The notes under the pieces: model-generated
What the model was told of the DNA's origin: nothing
Database searches by the model: none
Seen by the model: the letters and a program-made list of their open reading frames with translations, nothing else
Shown here: piece by piece, positions 45,501-54,413 of the stretch
How the letters are laid out: each line of letters opens with the position of its first letter
Position numbering within the stretch: the stretch's first letter is position 1
Translations under genes and position numbers: made by a program
Source of the DNA: Caldilineaceae bacterium
Lineage (GTDB): Bacteria; Chloroflexota; Anaerolineae; Caldilineales; Caldilineaceae
Reading direction: 5' to 3'
Assembly: GCA_965220715.1 (NCBI GenBank)
Contig: CBDCQZ010000002.1
Location: 9,332-73,331, forward strand
DNA length: 64,000 nt

Positions 45501-46212
45501 ATTCGCCAAGCAGCTTATCTGCAGCGAGTGAGTCTGTCATATAGCGAAGCACGGGATCATTTATGCTGTAACCGATGAAGCAGATGGTGAAGTTGCGGAA
45601 TAACTCCGCCACGAAACGCGCTGCCCAGGCCTCGGTAAGGTAAGCCAATCCAAAGTCCCCGCTGGACAGGACCAGATGATCCAGATTGCCCTTGTTTTCT
45701 TCGCTCGGCAAGATCCCATGCAAATAAACTATGCCATCCCATCTACGCTTTGGAACGGGAAGCAGTGGTGCCTCAAATGTGGGCACTGAAATACTCTTTC
45801 TTTCGACTACTGTTTGGAAAAGCCGATCAAAATTAGTGGTGACAAGCCGAAGTGACCCCTCGCGATTTCTAGCCAGGATAAGCAAAGCCTCATGTGTCGC
45901 GGTAGCACCGGTAGCCGAAAGATCGGGGGATAGAATCTCAGGCAGATTCCCCCTTACCGTATCCCGGCGTCCCATGATACGTCTCTCAAGCAATCCTATC
46001 ACTGTATCATACTGCTGCCTCCTGAAGGCAGTCTTTTCGCGAGGGTCAAATTCCTCTCCCAGCTTGCAATATATCTTCTCAACCAACCCCTTGAATCCTG
46101 GAAGACCCGCTGGATAAGAAATACCTGCCCCACAGAAAAAAACTGCCTTATCGTCTTCATGTGCTTGTAGAAGACGATCTGGAACATCAGGGCCATTCCT
46201 TATGAATTGCAT
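42517..46212 (-). CDS. 1231-aa SIR2-domain protein with a large helical C-terminal region (DSR-like defence candidate)
   Basis: N-terminal SIR2_2-type motifs VFFCGAGISYPAGLPGF, VTTNFDRLF, YLHG, LVLSSGDFGLAY. AT-richer than the surrounding DNA. Confidence 0.75.
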   Translation of the reverse strand: MQFIRNGPDVPDRLLQAHEDDKAVFFCGAGISYPAGLPGFKGLVEKIYCKLGEEFDPREKTAFRRQQYDTVIGLLERRIMGRRDTVRGNLPEILSPDLSATGATATHEALLILARNREGSLRLVTTNFDRLFQTVVERKSISVPTFEAPLLPVPKRRWDGIVYLHGILPSEENKGNLDHLVLSSGDFGLAYLTEAWAARFVAELFRNFTICFIGYSINDPVLRYMTDSLAADKLLGESPSEMFAFGSFSKRKELEQQNEWKAKNITPILYREHKRHFYLHKTLRVWSEMYRDGVQGKEQVVVSFAGADPLVSTEQDDFVGRMLWALSDPSGNPAKRFAENDPVPSLNWLTPLSEEGFKHSILDFFGVRPPDRVMNHLMDWLIRHLNEPKLVLWIAEQGGHLHSRFHRKIETRLEYLAQLEHNGEYQELNNIRGAAPNAVPTSFMRILWMLILSGRLKSAGETFPLVRWSACFKRDGLTLPLRIELRDILAPRIAIRRRILPPIEQGESGESQSMESLVDWEVTLSAGHLPATVSELMGDEKWKKVLPDLLPDFSLLLQDALDLKRDLSGVEHRRVNSYVEQPSISKHPQNERFFDWTVLVDLTRDAWIEMARFDSTRARPVAEGWVHSLYPLFKRLAFFAASEEDVIPVDQAVSWLLHDENRWLWSIETEREAIRLIVTLAPRLDAAAMSGLERAILKGPPCETYSSDIEEDERVRLTDRDVWLRLAKAEEAGAVFGRSAQNKLDELSRRHPEWKLAADQSDEFASWISDSKDERDFITTPQGQDELVEWLRQHPRFDAWHVDDWQKRCREDFTTVASALITLADNWEELKERWARALLAWTDEENLKLSWCHLPKFLAKAPDEFILAVSHELILWMLDQAGKFAGQEECFFGLIGRLLEMEFQDPVRSDGDLVTQALNHPIGRVTEVLMRWWYSRSPQAGEGLPNELQLFLDQLCNTGVEKFRHGRVILAINLLALYRVDQGWAAEHVLPLFDWQRSEAEALAMWQGFLLSPRLNWPLMEALKESFLDSAGRFSSLGRYGENYASLLTFVALDQGEVFNNSELKSATRVLPSEGLGYVANSLVRTLSGAGNQRVEYWKNRIVPYLDSIWPRSIDIVIPGILESFSLLCIRAGDAFPEATNKLKAWLQHPVDDPHKTHRANRVIRELAEANLGSQFPDEALMLLDSLKLSSDDAWLLSDRLSECLSTIRSGRPSLETDSRFQKLQSLCQNS

Positions 46213-46215
46213 ATG

Positions 46216-46496
46216 TCAATAAGCGGCGGCGACATACGACAGCCTACAGGTTACGGGGTGCGCTAGAAGAGCTTGAAGGCAACATATCATCGTGATTTCA
46301 CGTCCCTCGCTCTCCATGTAGCAGATGTAATCCTCTTCGTGGGCCAGTGCAGCGGCCTCAACTCGGGGTCCCAGTTGTAGGGCGCTGCGCGTTCTCCTCT
46401 TGCTACCCCGAGGTTCAGTGTTGTCAGATGACGACAAACAAGGTGATTAACCAAATCGCTCGTGCTAAACTGCATCCTTCCGTTGACCCTATTCAT
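46216..46496 (-). pseudogene. frameshifted N-terminal fragment of a RecB-family nuclease
   Basis: FSTSDLVNHLVCRHLTTLNLGVARGE...WDPEL in one frame continues as ...EAAALAHEEDYICYMESEGREIT in another. There is no nuclease core downstream. Confidence 0.5.
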
Positions 46497-46515
46497 CGAC
46501 CCGTACCCAACCGCT

Positions 46516-47520
46516 TCAGGAGGTTATTTCCTCCTTCTCATTAGATTGCTTGTTCCAGACAATAGGCTTTCCGGTATTGGCGTCAAAGACACCATAAAGT
46601 CTGGGTCCATCATCTGAATCAACCTGTACATAATCAAGATCTAACTGGGTAAGGCCAGTTGCATGTGATAGGTCAACGCGGGTTAAGTTTGTCGCTAGCA
46701 ATCTTGCGTCGTCCAGTTTTACGCCCCGCATATTTGTGTAAGTGTTAATTGCTATCATCTGGTAAAAGGGAATCGGAGCGTCAAACCTCCGTGGCGCTCG
46801 CGACAAGTTCATGTCTGAAAGGTTCGCGCCTCTCAGATCAGCGCCTTGAAGATCAAACCAATAATTCGCTGTCGTTTCAATCTCTAAATTTCCGGCATGG
46901 CAGAATGCGATAGCGTTCATGGCTTCCTGGATGTCGTTGCGCGCCCTGAAACGCTTGATGACCAACTCATTCGGCAGATCCTCACGATCCGGATCAAGGG
47001 CCAACAATTCTTCACGCGTGACCAGACGTTCTTCGATGACCGCTGTTGATTGCCCGTCGGCGCCGGAGGTTCCCCTAAGGAAGGCGCATAACTGCTCCAT
47101 CACCTGGACATGGTAATGTTCAGCATGTTCCACGGCGAGATGCCTTAGCGCATAGATGCCACCCAAGCGAACTGAAAGGATATTACTTCCTAGCATCTCA
47201 GCACCCTTCTGAAATTGCTGATTGAGCAAATCCCGCTGAGCCGTTTCTGCCTGACGCTGTGCTACAGCTGTCTGGCGTTCCCCCACGATGCTGCGCCACA
47301 GGGCGAGCTCCACCGCGATGATGCCGCCAATGACGAGACTTACATTTCTTACAGTTGAACTGAAGGAATCTCTGCCATCATGCAGATAAGGCCAGTAAAT
47401 CAGCGTAAGATAGCCACAAACCGCAAGTGTGGATAGAACAAGGGCAATCCACCAGAAGCCGCCCTTTTTCAAGATGGCTCCAATGGATCGTCTGAGACGC
47501 CTCCAGCTTCGTTTGATCAT
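46516..47520 (-). CDS. membrane-anchored pentapeptide-repeat protein
   Basis: Two N-terminal hydrophobic helices (FWWIALVLSTLAVCGYLTLIYW, LVIGGIIAVELALW). C-terminal pentapeptide units (DLQGADLRGANLSDMNLSRA...). Confidence 0.7.
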   Translation of the reverse strand: MIKRSWRRLRRSIGAILKKGGFWWIALVLSTLAVCGYLTLIYWPYLHDGRDSFSSTVRNVSLVIGGIIAVELALWRSIVGERQTAVAQRQAETAQRDLLNQQFQKGAEMLGSNILSVRLGGIYALRHLAVEHAEHYHVQVMEQLCAFLRGTSGADGQSTAVIEERLVTREELLALDPDREDLPNELVIKRFRARNDIQEAMNAIAFCHAGNLEIETTANYWFDLQGADLRGANLSDMNLSRAPRRFDAPIPFYQMIAINTYTNMRGVKLDDARLLATNLTRVDLSHATGLTQLDLDYVQVDSDDGPRLYGVFDANTGKPIVWNKQSNEKEEITS

Positions 47521-47630
47521 GTAACGTCTGCTAGCAACACGATCAGTACCGTCTCCCCGCGTTTCATTCCGACACCGGCCCCGCTGCCAAGTCCTCGGCT
47601 ATCTCCTCACAACCTTCAGTGTATAACGCT

Positions 47631-50600
47631 CTAACCTAACCGTAACTCCTCCGACACTTCAGAGAGCAACTCGTTTATCCTCTCCACCTTTGCCGCATCG
47701 GGCCTTGTTTCGCCGCCAAATTGAATCCGCACTTTGAACACGATTGGATCTCCGACGGCCGCTTCGAGAATCCTCGGCACCAGTTCTGCCAGGTCCTGTA
47801 TCCCGTGGCCTTCCAACGTTGCCTCGGCCGCCGGCATCCCCGCCTGGTAGTCGGCCGGGAGTTCCCGGAGCCCGACAAAACTGGCCGTCGGCGTCTGCAG
47901 CAGGACACTTCGAGCGCCAGATCGGTCAGTATCCAAGGGCGCGCTCCCTTCAGCCAATTCCAGCCACTGCGCGCGGATCGCTTCGGCTATCGCGGTCCTG
48001 GCCGTACTCCAAGGCAGACTGACCCCTCGTTTGCTTGACAGTGCGGTCACGATTGCCAAGGCGCTGGTCCCGCTGTCCGTCCAGGCATCGGGAATTTCCT
48101 CGGCCATCAGTTCACTGACAGCAATCGGCTCCGGCGGAGGACGGAGGACAGCTGTGGGACCGAGAACGCCCGCGGGAACCGGTTCGCCCAGCATCGAGGC
48201 AGGCCCGTTCGTCATCCATATCAGGCCCTCGGCTACCGCCTGCGAGATAGCCTCATCAACCTGGGACGGCTCACAGGCGGGAATGAAAAACGTGTCCTCG
48301 TACCCTCCCATCGGCACTTGTACGGCGCGTCCGCCCGCGAAGTAGTCATGTACGGACTGGACGCTGATCTCGTCGGTCGGCCAAAGGTCGGGAAGCGCCC
48401 GGTATGCGAGCAACGCCGGATTAAGGTCGCTAAGCTTGGCGGCCTCCGGCAGCCAGACTTCCAGGCTCGTATCACTCAACACGGTATCATCGACCCGCGT
48501 GCGCCAATAGGTCTTTCCCGTTTTGTCAGGCCGCACCGTGCGCCCCACCCAGATTCCCGCTTCGATCCCCTGTACAATCGTATCCAGAATCTCCCTGTGG
48601 CGCAGCATCTTGGGCAGTTTGGCATTCTGGGCGAAGGCCCCCACCAAGACTCTGACACGACGTGCGGTTTCATCCTCTCGCCACAGGTCATAGGGGCCGC
48701 CCGGCATCATCGCTTCAGCACTGATGGCGGTCTCCTGGATGCGGGCGCGTCGATCGGCTTTGATGGTTATGAAGAGTGGGTCGCCGGTCAGCGCGATTCT
48801 GAAGGCATGGATCTCATTGGCCTCATTGACGGTGACAACGATCGAATAGGCCTGCCTGATGGCTTCGGGGATGCGACCGCCGGCCGCCCGCGTCTCCGAG
48901 GCCAGCAACTCTTCGCGGATGGGATCGATCGGCTGATCCTTGAGCTGCTCACCGACCTCCTGCCAGCCGAGATGCTCCCGAATGCGCGTGCGCGCGGCCT
49001 CAAGTCCGTCCCTGGAAGGAACAGCCAGCACGATTGCATTGCGATTGACGCGGGGGCGGTCCGCCGCCGTCGTCTCGTTGATAAAGCGTTTGGCCTCCGC
49101 GCTCGGTTTGCCCGACTCCGAACCGGCCTGCGGGCCAAGGATGGCAAAATGAAACTCGCCATCGTCCTGAACATCCCTGGGCGACCGCGGCAGCGTGTGG
49201 ACTCGGGCGCCCGCCGCGGACGCTCCCCCTGTCAGCGACTTCTCTTTCCCTATCGCCTCAATGAGTTGCGATTCGATCAACTGGGGAGGAACCCGGTTGC
49301 GGCAGGCGTCGTCGTGCATCTGACGCAAATTGGGGCGGTTGCCTAGCCGCCACGCTTTCGGCAGTTGCGGCATACCGTCACGGCCAGTGGTTTCCCCCGA
49401 TCCAAACTCAGCTTCGTCCAGAAACCAAGAAAGCTCAGTCCAGCGGTGCAACGCCTTCTCCAACTCGATCTTGTCAGGCTTTGTCGCGCCGAGCAGCGTC
49501 ATCAACTCGCGCGTCTGCGCCTTCTGGCCGATCGGCTGGGAGCTGAGGAAGACTGAAATGACGGCCTGCTCTATTTCGCGCTGGTTCAGGCCGCTTGCTT
49601 GGGCCTGGATCCCGCGCGCTTTGTCCAGTTCGCCCTCGATGATCGGCCGCCACTCCTGGTGGCCGCCGGCGCCGGCCTCGACGCTGGCGACAGAGGCCAA
49701 CTCGCTGGCCGCTTCGGCCAAGTCCGCCGCGTCCGGCCCACCCAGAAAAACGTTTGGCCCGACCAGAGGGTTGGTGTCCCACTTCTCTGCGTCGCGCAGC
49801 GCGATGGCAAAGGTGCGCAGGATGCCGCGCGTACGCTGGAAACCTGGCAACTGGGTCCAGCGGGTGTAGAAAATCTCGGTGACATCGGGGTGAAACGGAT
49901 AGCTTCTGAGGTATCGCTCCTCGGCCGCCTGCCGCCCCTTTTTTGTCTGTTCATCGAGCGCCGCGACGTTGGCGACGGCCGCGGCGACGTGCGGACGGAA
50001 TCGGTCCTGTTCGCGGATCGACTCCGGCTTGAAAAAGCGCCGCCGCAGGACCTCGGATACATCCTCCTTGCTCACCGGGCTGGCGTCCTCCTCGGTCTGA
50101 CGGCCGAAGACCTCGGACACCTGGCGCAGGATCTCGTTCCCCAACTCATCGTGTTTGCCGGGGTCGGAGGCGAGCAGCGAGGCAACCATGGCGCAGCGGT
50201 CCACCTTGACGACCGCCTGCGTGAGGTACTGGAAAAAGGCGACCATGCGCCCGCGCGCCGCTTGATCGGTCTCGACCTGCGCGCGCAGGTACATCAGCGC
50301 TTCGTCCAGAAGCACGAGCGTAGCAAGCTCCTCCTCCTGAGGCTTCGACAGTAGCCGGACGATCAAGGGTTCGGCCGGCGGCGTGTCGCGCTCCTCGTCC
50401 TTGCCTTCGGCGTGGATCATTCTCAGCCCGTCGGCCCCGGCCAGTTGGTAGGCAAGAACGCTCCAGGGATGCTTGAGCATCCTGATCGACCCGTCCGGCG
50501 CCGACGTCTCGACGCCCAGCTCCAGGTCGATCTTGTCAAAGCACAGGGCGGCGACGCGGGCGCGGGGCATTGGGCCGCCGCTATGCGCTTCAAACTCGGC

Positions 50601-50942
50601 TACAGTTTGCAACTCCGGCAAGGTGGACAGGTCCTGCACCAGGTGCCACAGCGTGATCAGCGTGTGGGTCTTGCCCCCGCCGTAGGTGACCGATAGCGAG
50701 CGATAGGCCTTGTCGCTGCGGCCGGCCAGACGCTGGGCCACATCGCGCACCAGATCACGCAGATTCAGGGTTGGGAAGGTCAGGGCAAAAAACTCGGCCG
50801 GATCCTCGTAGACCTTGCGCTGCCCCTTCTGCAAGATAACGTCGTACAGATCAGCGGCGAAGACGGCCAACGACAGCTTGCCGCTCTTGAGATCGTCGCG
50901 CAGGCTGACGACCTCGTGCCAGGGTGTCCAGGAAAGCTTCAT
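47631..50942 (-). CDS. DUF499-family ATPase
   Basis: MKLSWTPWHEVVSLRDDLKSGKLSLAVFAADLYDV...YGGGKTHTLITLWHL. I prefer the start at 50942 because the 86-codon upstream extension in the track has no family-like sequence. Confidence 0.7.
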   Translation of the reverse strand: MKLSWTPWHEVVSLRDDLKSGKLSLAVFAADLYDVILQKGQRKVYEDPAEFFALTFPTLNLRDLVRDVAQRLAGRSDKAYRSLSVTYGGGKTHTLITLWHLVQDLSTLPELQTVAEFEAHSGGPMPRARVAALCFDKIDLELGVETSAPDGSIRMLKHPWSVLAYQLAGADGLRMIHAEGKDEERDTPPAEPLIVRLLSKPQEEELATLVLLDEALMYLRAQVETDQAARGRMVAFFQYLTQAVVKVDRCAMVASLLASDPGKHDELGNEILRQVSEVFGRQTEEDASPVSKEDVSEVLRRRFFKPESIREQDRFRPHVAAAVANVAALDEQTKKGRQAAEERYLRSYPFHPDVTEIFYTRWTQLPGFQRTRGILRTFAIALRDAEKWDTNPLVGPNVFLGGPDAADLAEAASELASVASVEAGAGGHQEWRPIIEGELDKARGIQAQASGLNQREIEQAVISVFLSSQPIGQKAQTRELMTLLGATKPDKIELEKALHRWTELSWFLDEAEFGSGETTGRDGMPQLPKAWRLGNRPNLRQMHDDACRNRVPPQLIESQLIEAIGKEKSLTGGASAAGARVHTLPRSPRDVQDDGEFHFAILGPQAGSESGKPSAEAKRFINETTAADRPRVNRNAIVLAVPSRDGLEAARTRIREHLGWQEVGEQLKDQPIDPIREELLASETRAAGGRIPEAIRQAYSIVVTVNEANEIHAFRIALTGDPLFITIKADRRARIQETAISAEAMMPGGPYDLWREDETARRVRVLVGAFAQNAKLPKMLRHREILDTIVQGIEAGIWVGRTVRPDKTGKTYWRTRVDDTVLSDTSLEVWLPEAAKLSDLNPALLAYRALPDLWPTDEISVQSVHDYFAGGRAVQVPMGGYEDTFFIPACEPSQVDEAISQAVAEGLIWMTNGPASMLGEPVPAGVLGPTAVLRPPPEPIAVSELMAEEIPDAWTDSGTSALAIVTALSSKRGVSLPWSTARTAIAEAIRAQWLELAEGSAPLDTDRSGARSVLLQTPTASFVGLRELPADYQAGMPAAEATLEGHGIQDLAELVPRILEAAVGDPIVFKVRIQFGGETRPDAAKVERINELLSEVSEELRLG

Positions 50943-51016
50943 AGTCCTCTTGTCCTTGTTGTGCTGAATGGCATTCTCGCCTGCCGTTTTCCAGGATATG
51001 GTTCCAGCATCGACTC

Positions 51017-51667
51017 TCAGGTCAACGCCCGCAGCTTCTCCCGAAAGTACTGGAAACTGGGAGAGGCGTTCTTTTCCACGTCCATCAGTGGGGGGATTTT
51101 CGTCGCCCATACTGACTTCTCCCTGCCCACCGCTCGCCATCCCCTTCTCACCAACGCTTTTGAACCGCCCGCGAACACAGCGTCCGCCAAGAACTCCCAT
51201 GTACCGCAGATCGAGTCATTGGTGTAACTGTTCAAGACAGCGTCCCTGGCCTGCGGATATGCCGCCTTGATCGCGGGCATGTCGCCGAGCAGCCAGGCTT
51301 CGCCTTCTTCGATTGCAATACAGAAGCGGGTGCTCGGTTTGGGGTTACACGCATGGAAAACTGCGAGGAGTTCCTGGCGAAATGTTTTCAGACATCTGTC
51401 GTCCAGGTCGCAGACCACAACCAACACTGCCGGATAGTTGACGGGGTAATTGGCGAATGTCTGACCATACCCCCTGAGCAACCTGGGTAGCCGGTCGAGC
51501 AAAATGCGTTGATCGGCATTCGTCTTCGGTGTGAGATTTTGGGGAATGCGGCCGATTCCTCTGTAACCAACTACTCTGAATGTATCTTGCGCACAGATGA
51601 TCTTCGGGATCAAAATGTCGAGCGCCTTCTTGCCGGACAGATCTTCGACAAGGATCTCAAAGTGCAT
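51017..51667 (-). CDS. DUF4276-family protein (TOPRIM-like partner of the ATPase), intact copy
   Basis: MHFEILVEDLSGKKALDILIPKI...VVVCDLD...CIAIEEGEAWLLGD. The start at 51667 is 4 nt after the ATPase stop. The 313-aa track ORF is an artefactual extension. Confidence 0.6.
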   Translation of the reverse strand: MHFEILVEDLSGKKALDILIPKIICAQDTFRVVGYRGIGRIPQNLTPKTNADQRILLDRLPRLLRGYGQTFANYPVNYPAVLVVVCDLDDRCLKTFRQELLAVFHACNPKPSTRFCIAIEEGEAWLLGDMPAIKAAYPQARDAVLNSYTNDSICGTWEFLADAVFAGGSKALVRRGWRAVGREKSVWATKIPPLMDVEKNASPSFQYFREKLRALT

Positions 51668-51671
51668 CCGC

Positions 51672-52952
51672 TCACCTCGCGTCCAGATAGTCGCTATACC
51701 AGAGACCGCCCAGCGGCAACCCCTCCCCGACCAGATTCCTGACAAGAGGATCGTCGCTCGCCCGCCGGATGGTCGAAAAACCGTCCGTCCCCTTCTCCAA
51801 AATCCAGACCTCTTGCGGGTCGAGCGCATCCACAAGATAAGGCTGATGCGTCGTGACGAAGACCTGCGAACCGCCCCCGGGTCCGCTGGCGTATTCGCGG
51901 AGCTCATCGGCCAGCGTCTCCAGCAGATTGTGATACAAACCGTTCTCAGGCTCCTCAATGCAGAGGAACGGAGGCGGGGTCGGGTCTTCGAGCAGCAACA
52001 GATAGGCGAAGACCTTCAGCGTCCCGTCCGACATCTGCTGGGCATAGAAGGGATCCGCAAAACCTTTGTCGTTGAATCTGAGCAGCAGGCGCCCATCACT
52101 GGTCTTCTCGGTATCGATCCGGTCAATGCCGGGTATCTTCTCGGCAATGCCTTTAAGGATCATCTCAAAACGCTGCGGATGCTCGCGCTCCATGAACTGG
52201 ACGACGTTGCCGAGGTTGTCGCCATAGATGTTGAGATGCGGTTGGGGACCGGCCAGCGGCAGGCCGCGCGCCGCGTCCGGCGTGAAGTAGCTGAGATGCC
52301 ATCCCGCGATGAAGCGGCGGAAAGCCGAAATGCGCGGGTGCTGTTTCAAGGCGCCGAGCGTGGCAATGCCGAGCCTGCGCCGGTCCTCCAATTCGATGAT
52401 CTCCATCTCGCTCGATTCCTCCGCCATGTCCAACGCGACCAGCGCCTCAAAGTCGAGTTTCTCCTCGCTTGGGTCGATTACATACCCTTTCTCTTCTCCG
52501 GTGAATACAAAACCTCTGCCGCCACTGAGAATCAGAAATACAGCTGGGCGCTCGTAGCTCACTCCTTTCGGCCTCTGCCTGAGCTCTTCTCGCAACACAT
52601 GAGGACGTCCGAACTCGTCCACATCAATCGCCACCTCGTAGGTGATCGGCCGGGCGTTCGCATCTTCCTTGTAATGCACTTCAAATTCAATCGGCCCGGT
52701 TTCTCCCTGCGACCGTATCCTCTCGAAACCGCCGCGACCGCGTGCATCGCAGGCCGCTTCCACGCCGGAGTTCAGGGCATCGAACAGGAACCCGAACGCG
52801 TCGAACAGGGCGCTCTTGCCAACGCCGTTCTTGCCGATGACCGCCGTCAAATCTGTGAGCGGCTGATCTTCGCGTTGATTCCACAGGCGGCCCAGGGTCA
52901 AATCCTTGAGCACCTTGAAATTCCTTACTCTGAACCCCTGAATCTTGGCCAT
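51672..52952 (-). CDS. ABC/SMC-like AAA ATPase (AAA_15/21-like), intact copy
   Basis: FRVRNFKVLKDLTL...AVIGKNGVGKSALFDAFGFL, FLCIEEPENGLYHNLL, VTTHQP. Confidence 0.8.
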   Translation of the reverse strand: MAKIQGFRVRNFKVLKDLTLGRLWNQREDQPLTDLTAVIGKNGVGKSALFDAFGFLFDALNSGVEAACDARGRGGFERIRSQGETGPIEFEVHYKEDANARPITYEVAIDVDEFGRPHVLREELRQRPKGVSYERPAVFLILSGGRGFVFTGEEKGYVIDPSEEKLDFEALVALDMAEESSEMEIIELEDRRRLGIATLGALKQHPRISAFRRFIAGWHLSYFTPDAARGLPLAGPQPHLNIYGDNLGNVVQFMEREHPQRFEMILKGIAEKIPGIDRIDTEKTSDGRLLLRFNDKGFADPFYAQQMSDGTLKVFAYLLLLEDPTPPPFLCIEEPENGLYHNLLETLADELREYASGPGGGSQVFVTTHQPYLVDALDPQEVWILEKGTDGFSTIRRASDDPLVRNLVGEGLPLGGLWYSDYLDAR

Positions 52953-53178
52953 TTTGCAGTCCTCATTTGCTATGCAATAGGACAGGGATCACATCGCATC
53001 TGCTGTGAACGCTCAGTCGTCATGCCAGGGTGTCCACGAACGTTTCGTTACTCATCGTGACCGCTTTGCATGCAACTGAATCTTCTGTAGCAGCCTGGGT
53101 GCGCAAAGCCATTAGGATCCGGGGTCTATCCGATAGCGATGCACAATATAGGGGCTATTCCCGCTTACGTCCCTGGCC

Positions 53179-53715
53179 CTACTCTAGTGTTCTCATCGGG
53201 CTGCTTTGGGGGATGACAGGCGGCAACAGAGGCGCATCATCATTGCCCTGCATTCGCCGTATCTTCTCGGCCATCTCGACAAAATGGTCATAGCTGCCAA
53301 AACGATACGTTGTCGGTTCGTCTTTCGATATTCGTCTCCACTTGTCTTTTCCGACCTCCGTTCGATAGGTTACAGGACCACTCGCCGATACCACTTCCAC
53401 GATGCCCAGCCTGATAAAATCGAAGACCAGCTCGGCAACGAACTCAGGCGTCATGCTTCCGTGACGGTAGCCGCCCGACCTTTTGGCAATTTGGGTATGC
53501 GATGCCGGAAACTTTCTGCCGCCGCACGCGTCTGCCATCTCCGCCATACACGTAAGCAACATCCGATATTGCGGGTACATCAAATCGATCAATCCGCTCC
53601 CTTCCAACTCCTCGGTTACGTTCTCAAAGCTGTGTTCACCCATCCGTCCCCTCTTGCTCATGCTATATCTGTTGTCTTCTTGCTGGACTGCTTCGGTACT
53701 CCAAAACCAGAGCAC
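53179..53715 (-). CDS. hypothetical protein, possible wHTH
   Basis: ORF only. TQIAKRSGG...EFVAELVFDFIRLGIVEVV looks like a winged helix. The real start may be the internal MSKRGRMG at 53661. Confidence 0.35.
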   Translation of the reverse strand: MLWFWSTEAVQQEDNRYSMSKRGRMGEHSFENVTEELEGSGLIDLMYPQYRMLLTCMAEMADACGGRKFPASHTQIAKRSGGYRHGSMTPEFVAELVFDFIRLGIVEVVSASGPVTYRTEVGKDKWRRISKDEPTTYRFGSYDHFVEMAEKIRRMQGNDDAPLLPPVIPQSSPMRTLE

Positions 53716-53973
53716 AGATTGCGGATCTCAGAATGACACTGAACCAATTCCATGCCTATTCAATTGGGATTTATATACTTGACTCAGCAAAGCGGGTTTG
53801 ACAAACTTGGCGAAGTGTGCGATACTTGAGTTCACCATAGCGATTGTACAATTTTGTAGTCAATAAGTAGTTGTAGAACGAGTGGGCGCGTTGCGCCCCC
53901 TTGTTGGCTACAAAAATAATGGAATCGCTATGGTGGCATCCATTCATTCTACAACCACCAAGGGGGTTCCATC

Positions 53974-54384
53974 GTGCGGAAACAATTACTCATTCTTGCG
54001 TTTGTAGCGATACTCGTTGCATTCAGTGTATCACAAGTGCTTGCTCAAAGTGAACTTACACTTGAAAGTCTAGCAGAACAGGTAACGTCACTGCTTCAAC
54101 GAGTAGAAGCACTTGAATCTCTATGGGATGGGCCAGGGTCTATTGCTTTAGATGATGGCGGTTGCGTAGTCGCAACAGGCGAATTGCAGAGAGAAACCGC
54201 CATTAAGTATTACGATCAGTTTGAAGAGTTCCCGGATCGCATTAGGATCAAGACGGTAGCCATTCAACCAGAAGAAAATAAGATAGCGATTCTTTACACT
54301 GACCTTTGGGAAAATGAATGGGCTTGGGAATATTGGACTGATTGTGAGTTTGTAGGTAGCTCTGATTGGGAAAGAGATGAGTAG
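53974..54384 (+). CDS. small secreted protein (signal peptide), passenger ORF
   Basis: MRKQLLILAFVAILVAFSVSQVLAQ signal-like N-terminus with GGGGG/AAGGGGG upstream. Confidence 0.5.
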   Translation: MRKQLLILAFVAILVAFSVSQVLAQSELTLESLAEQVTSLLQRVEALESLWDGPGSIALDDGGCVVATGELQRETAIKYYDQFEEFPDRIRIKTVAIQPEENKIAILYTDLWENEWAWEYWTDCEFVGSSDWERDE

Positions 54385-54413
54385 TCAAAACAGAATACAT
54401 CGAGGAGGGTAAA

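Noticed and set aside
51017-51958. 313-aa ORF reported by the track for the DUF4276 gene.
   Set aside because: The N-terminal 97 codons overlap the ATPase gene out of frame. Family-like sequence begins at MHFEILVED (ATG at 51667).
51597-53060. 487-aa plus-strand ORF, with similar ORFs at 57791-58525 and 61182-61685.
   Set aside because: It is antisense to the ATPase/DUF4276 cassette. The same shadow recurs in each copy, as expected from duplication of the sense gene.
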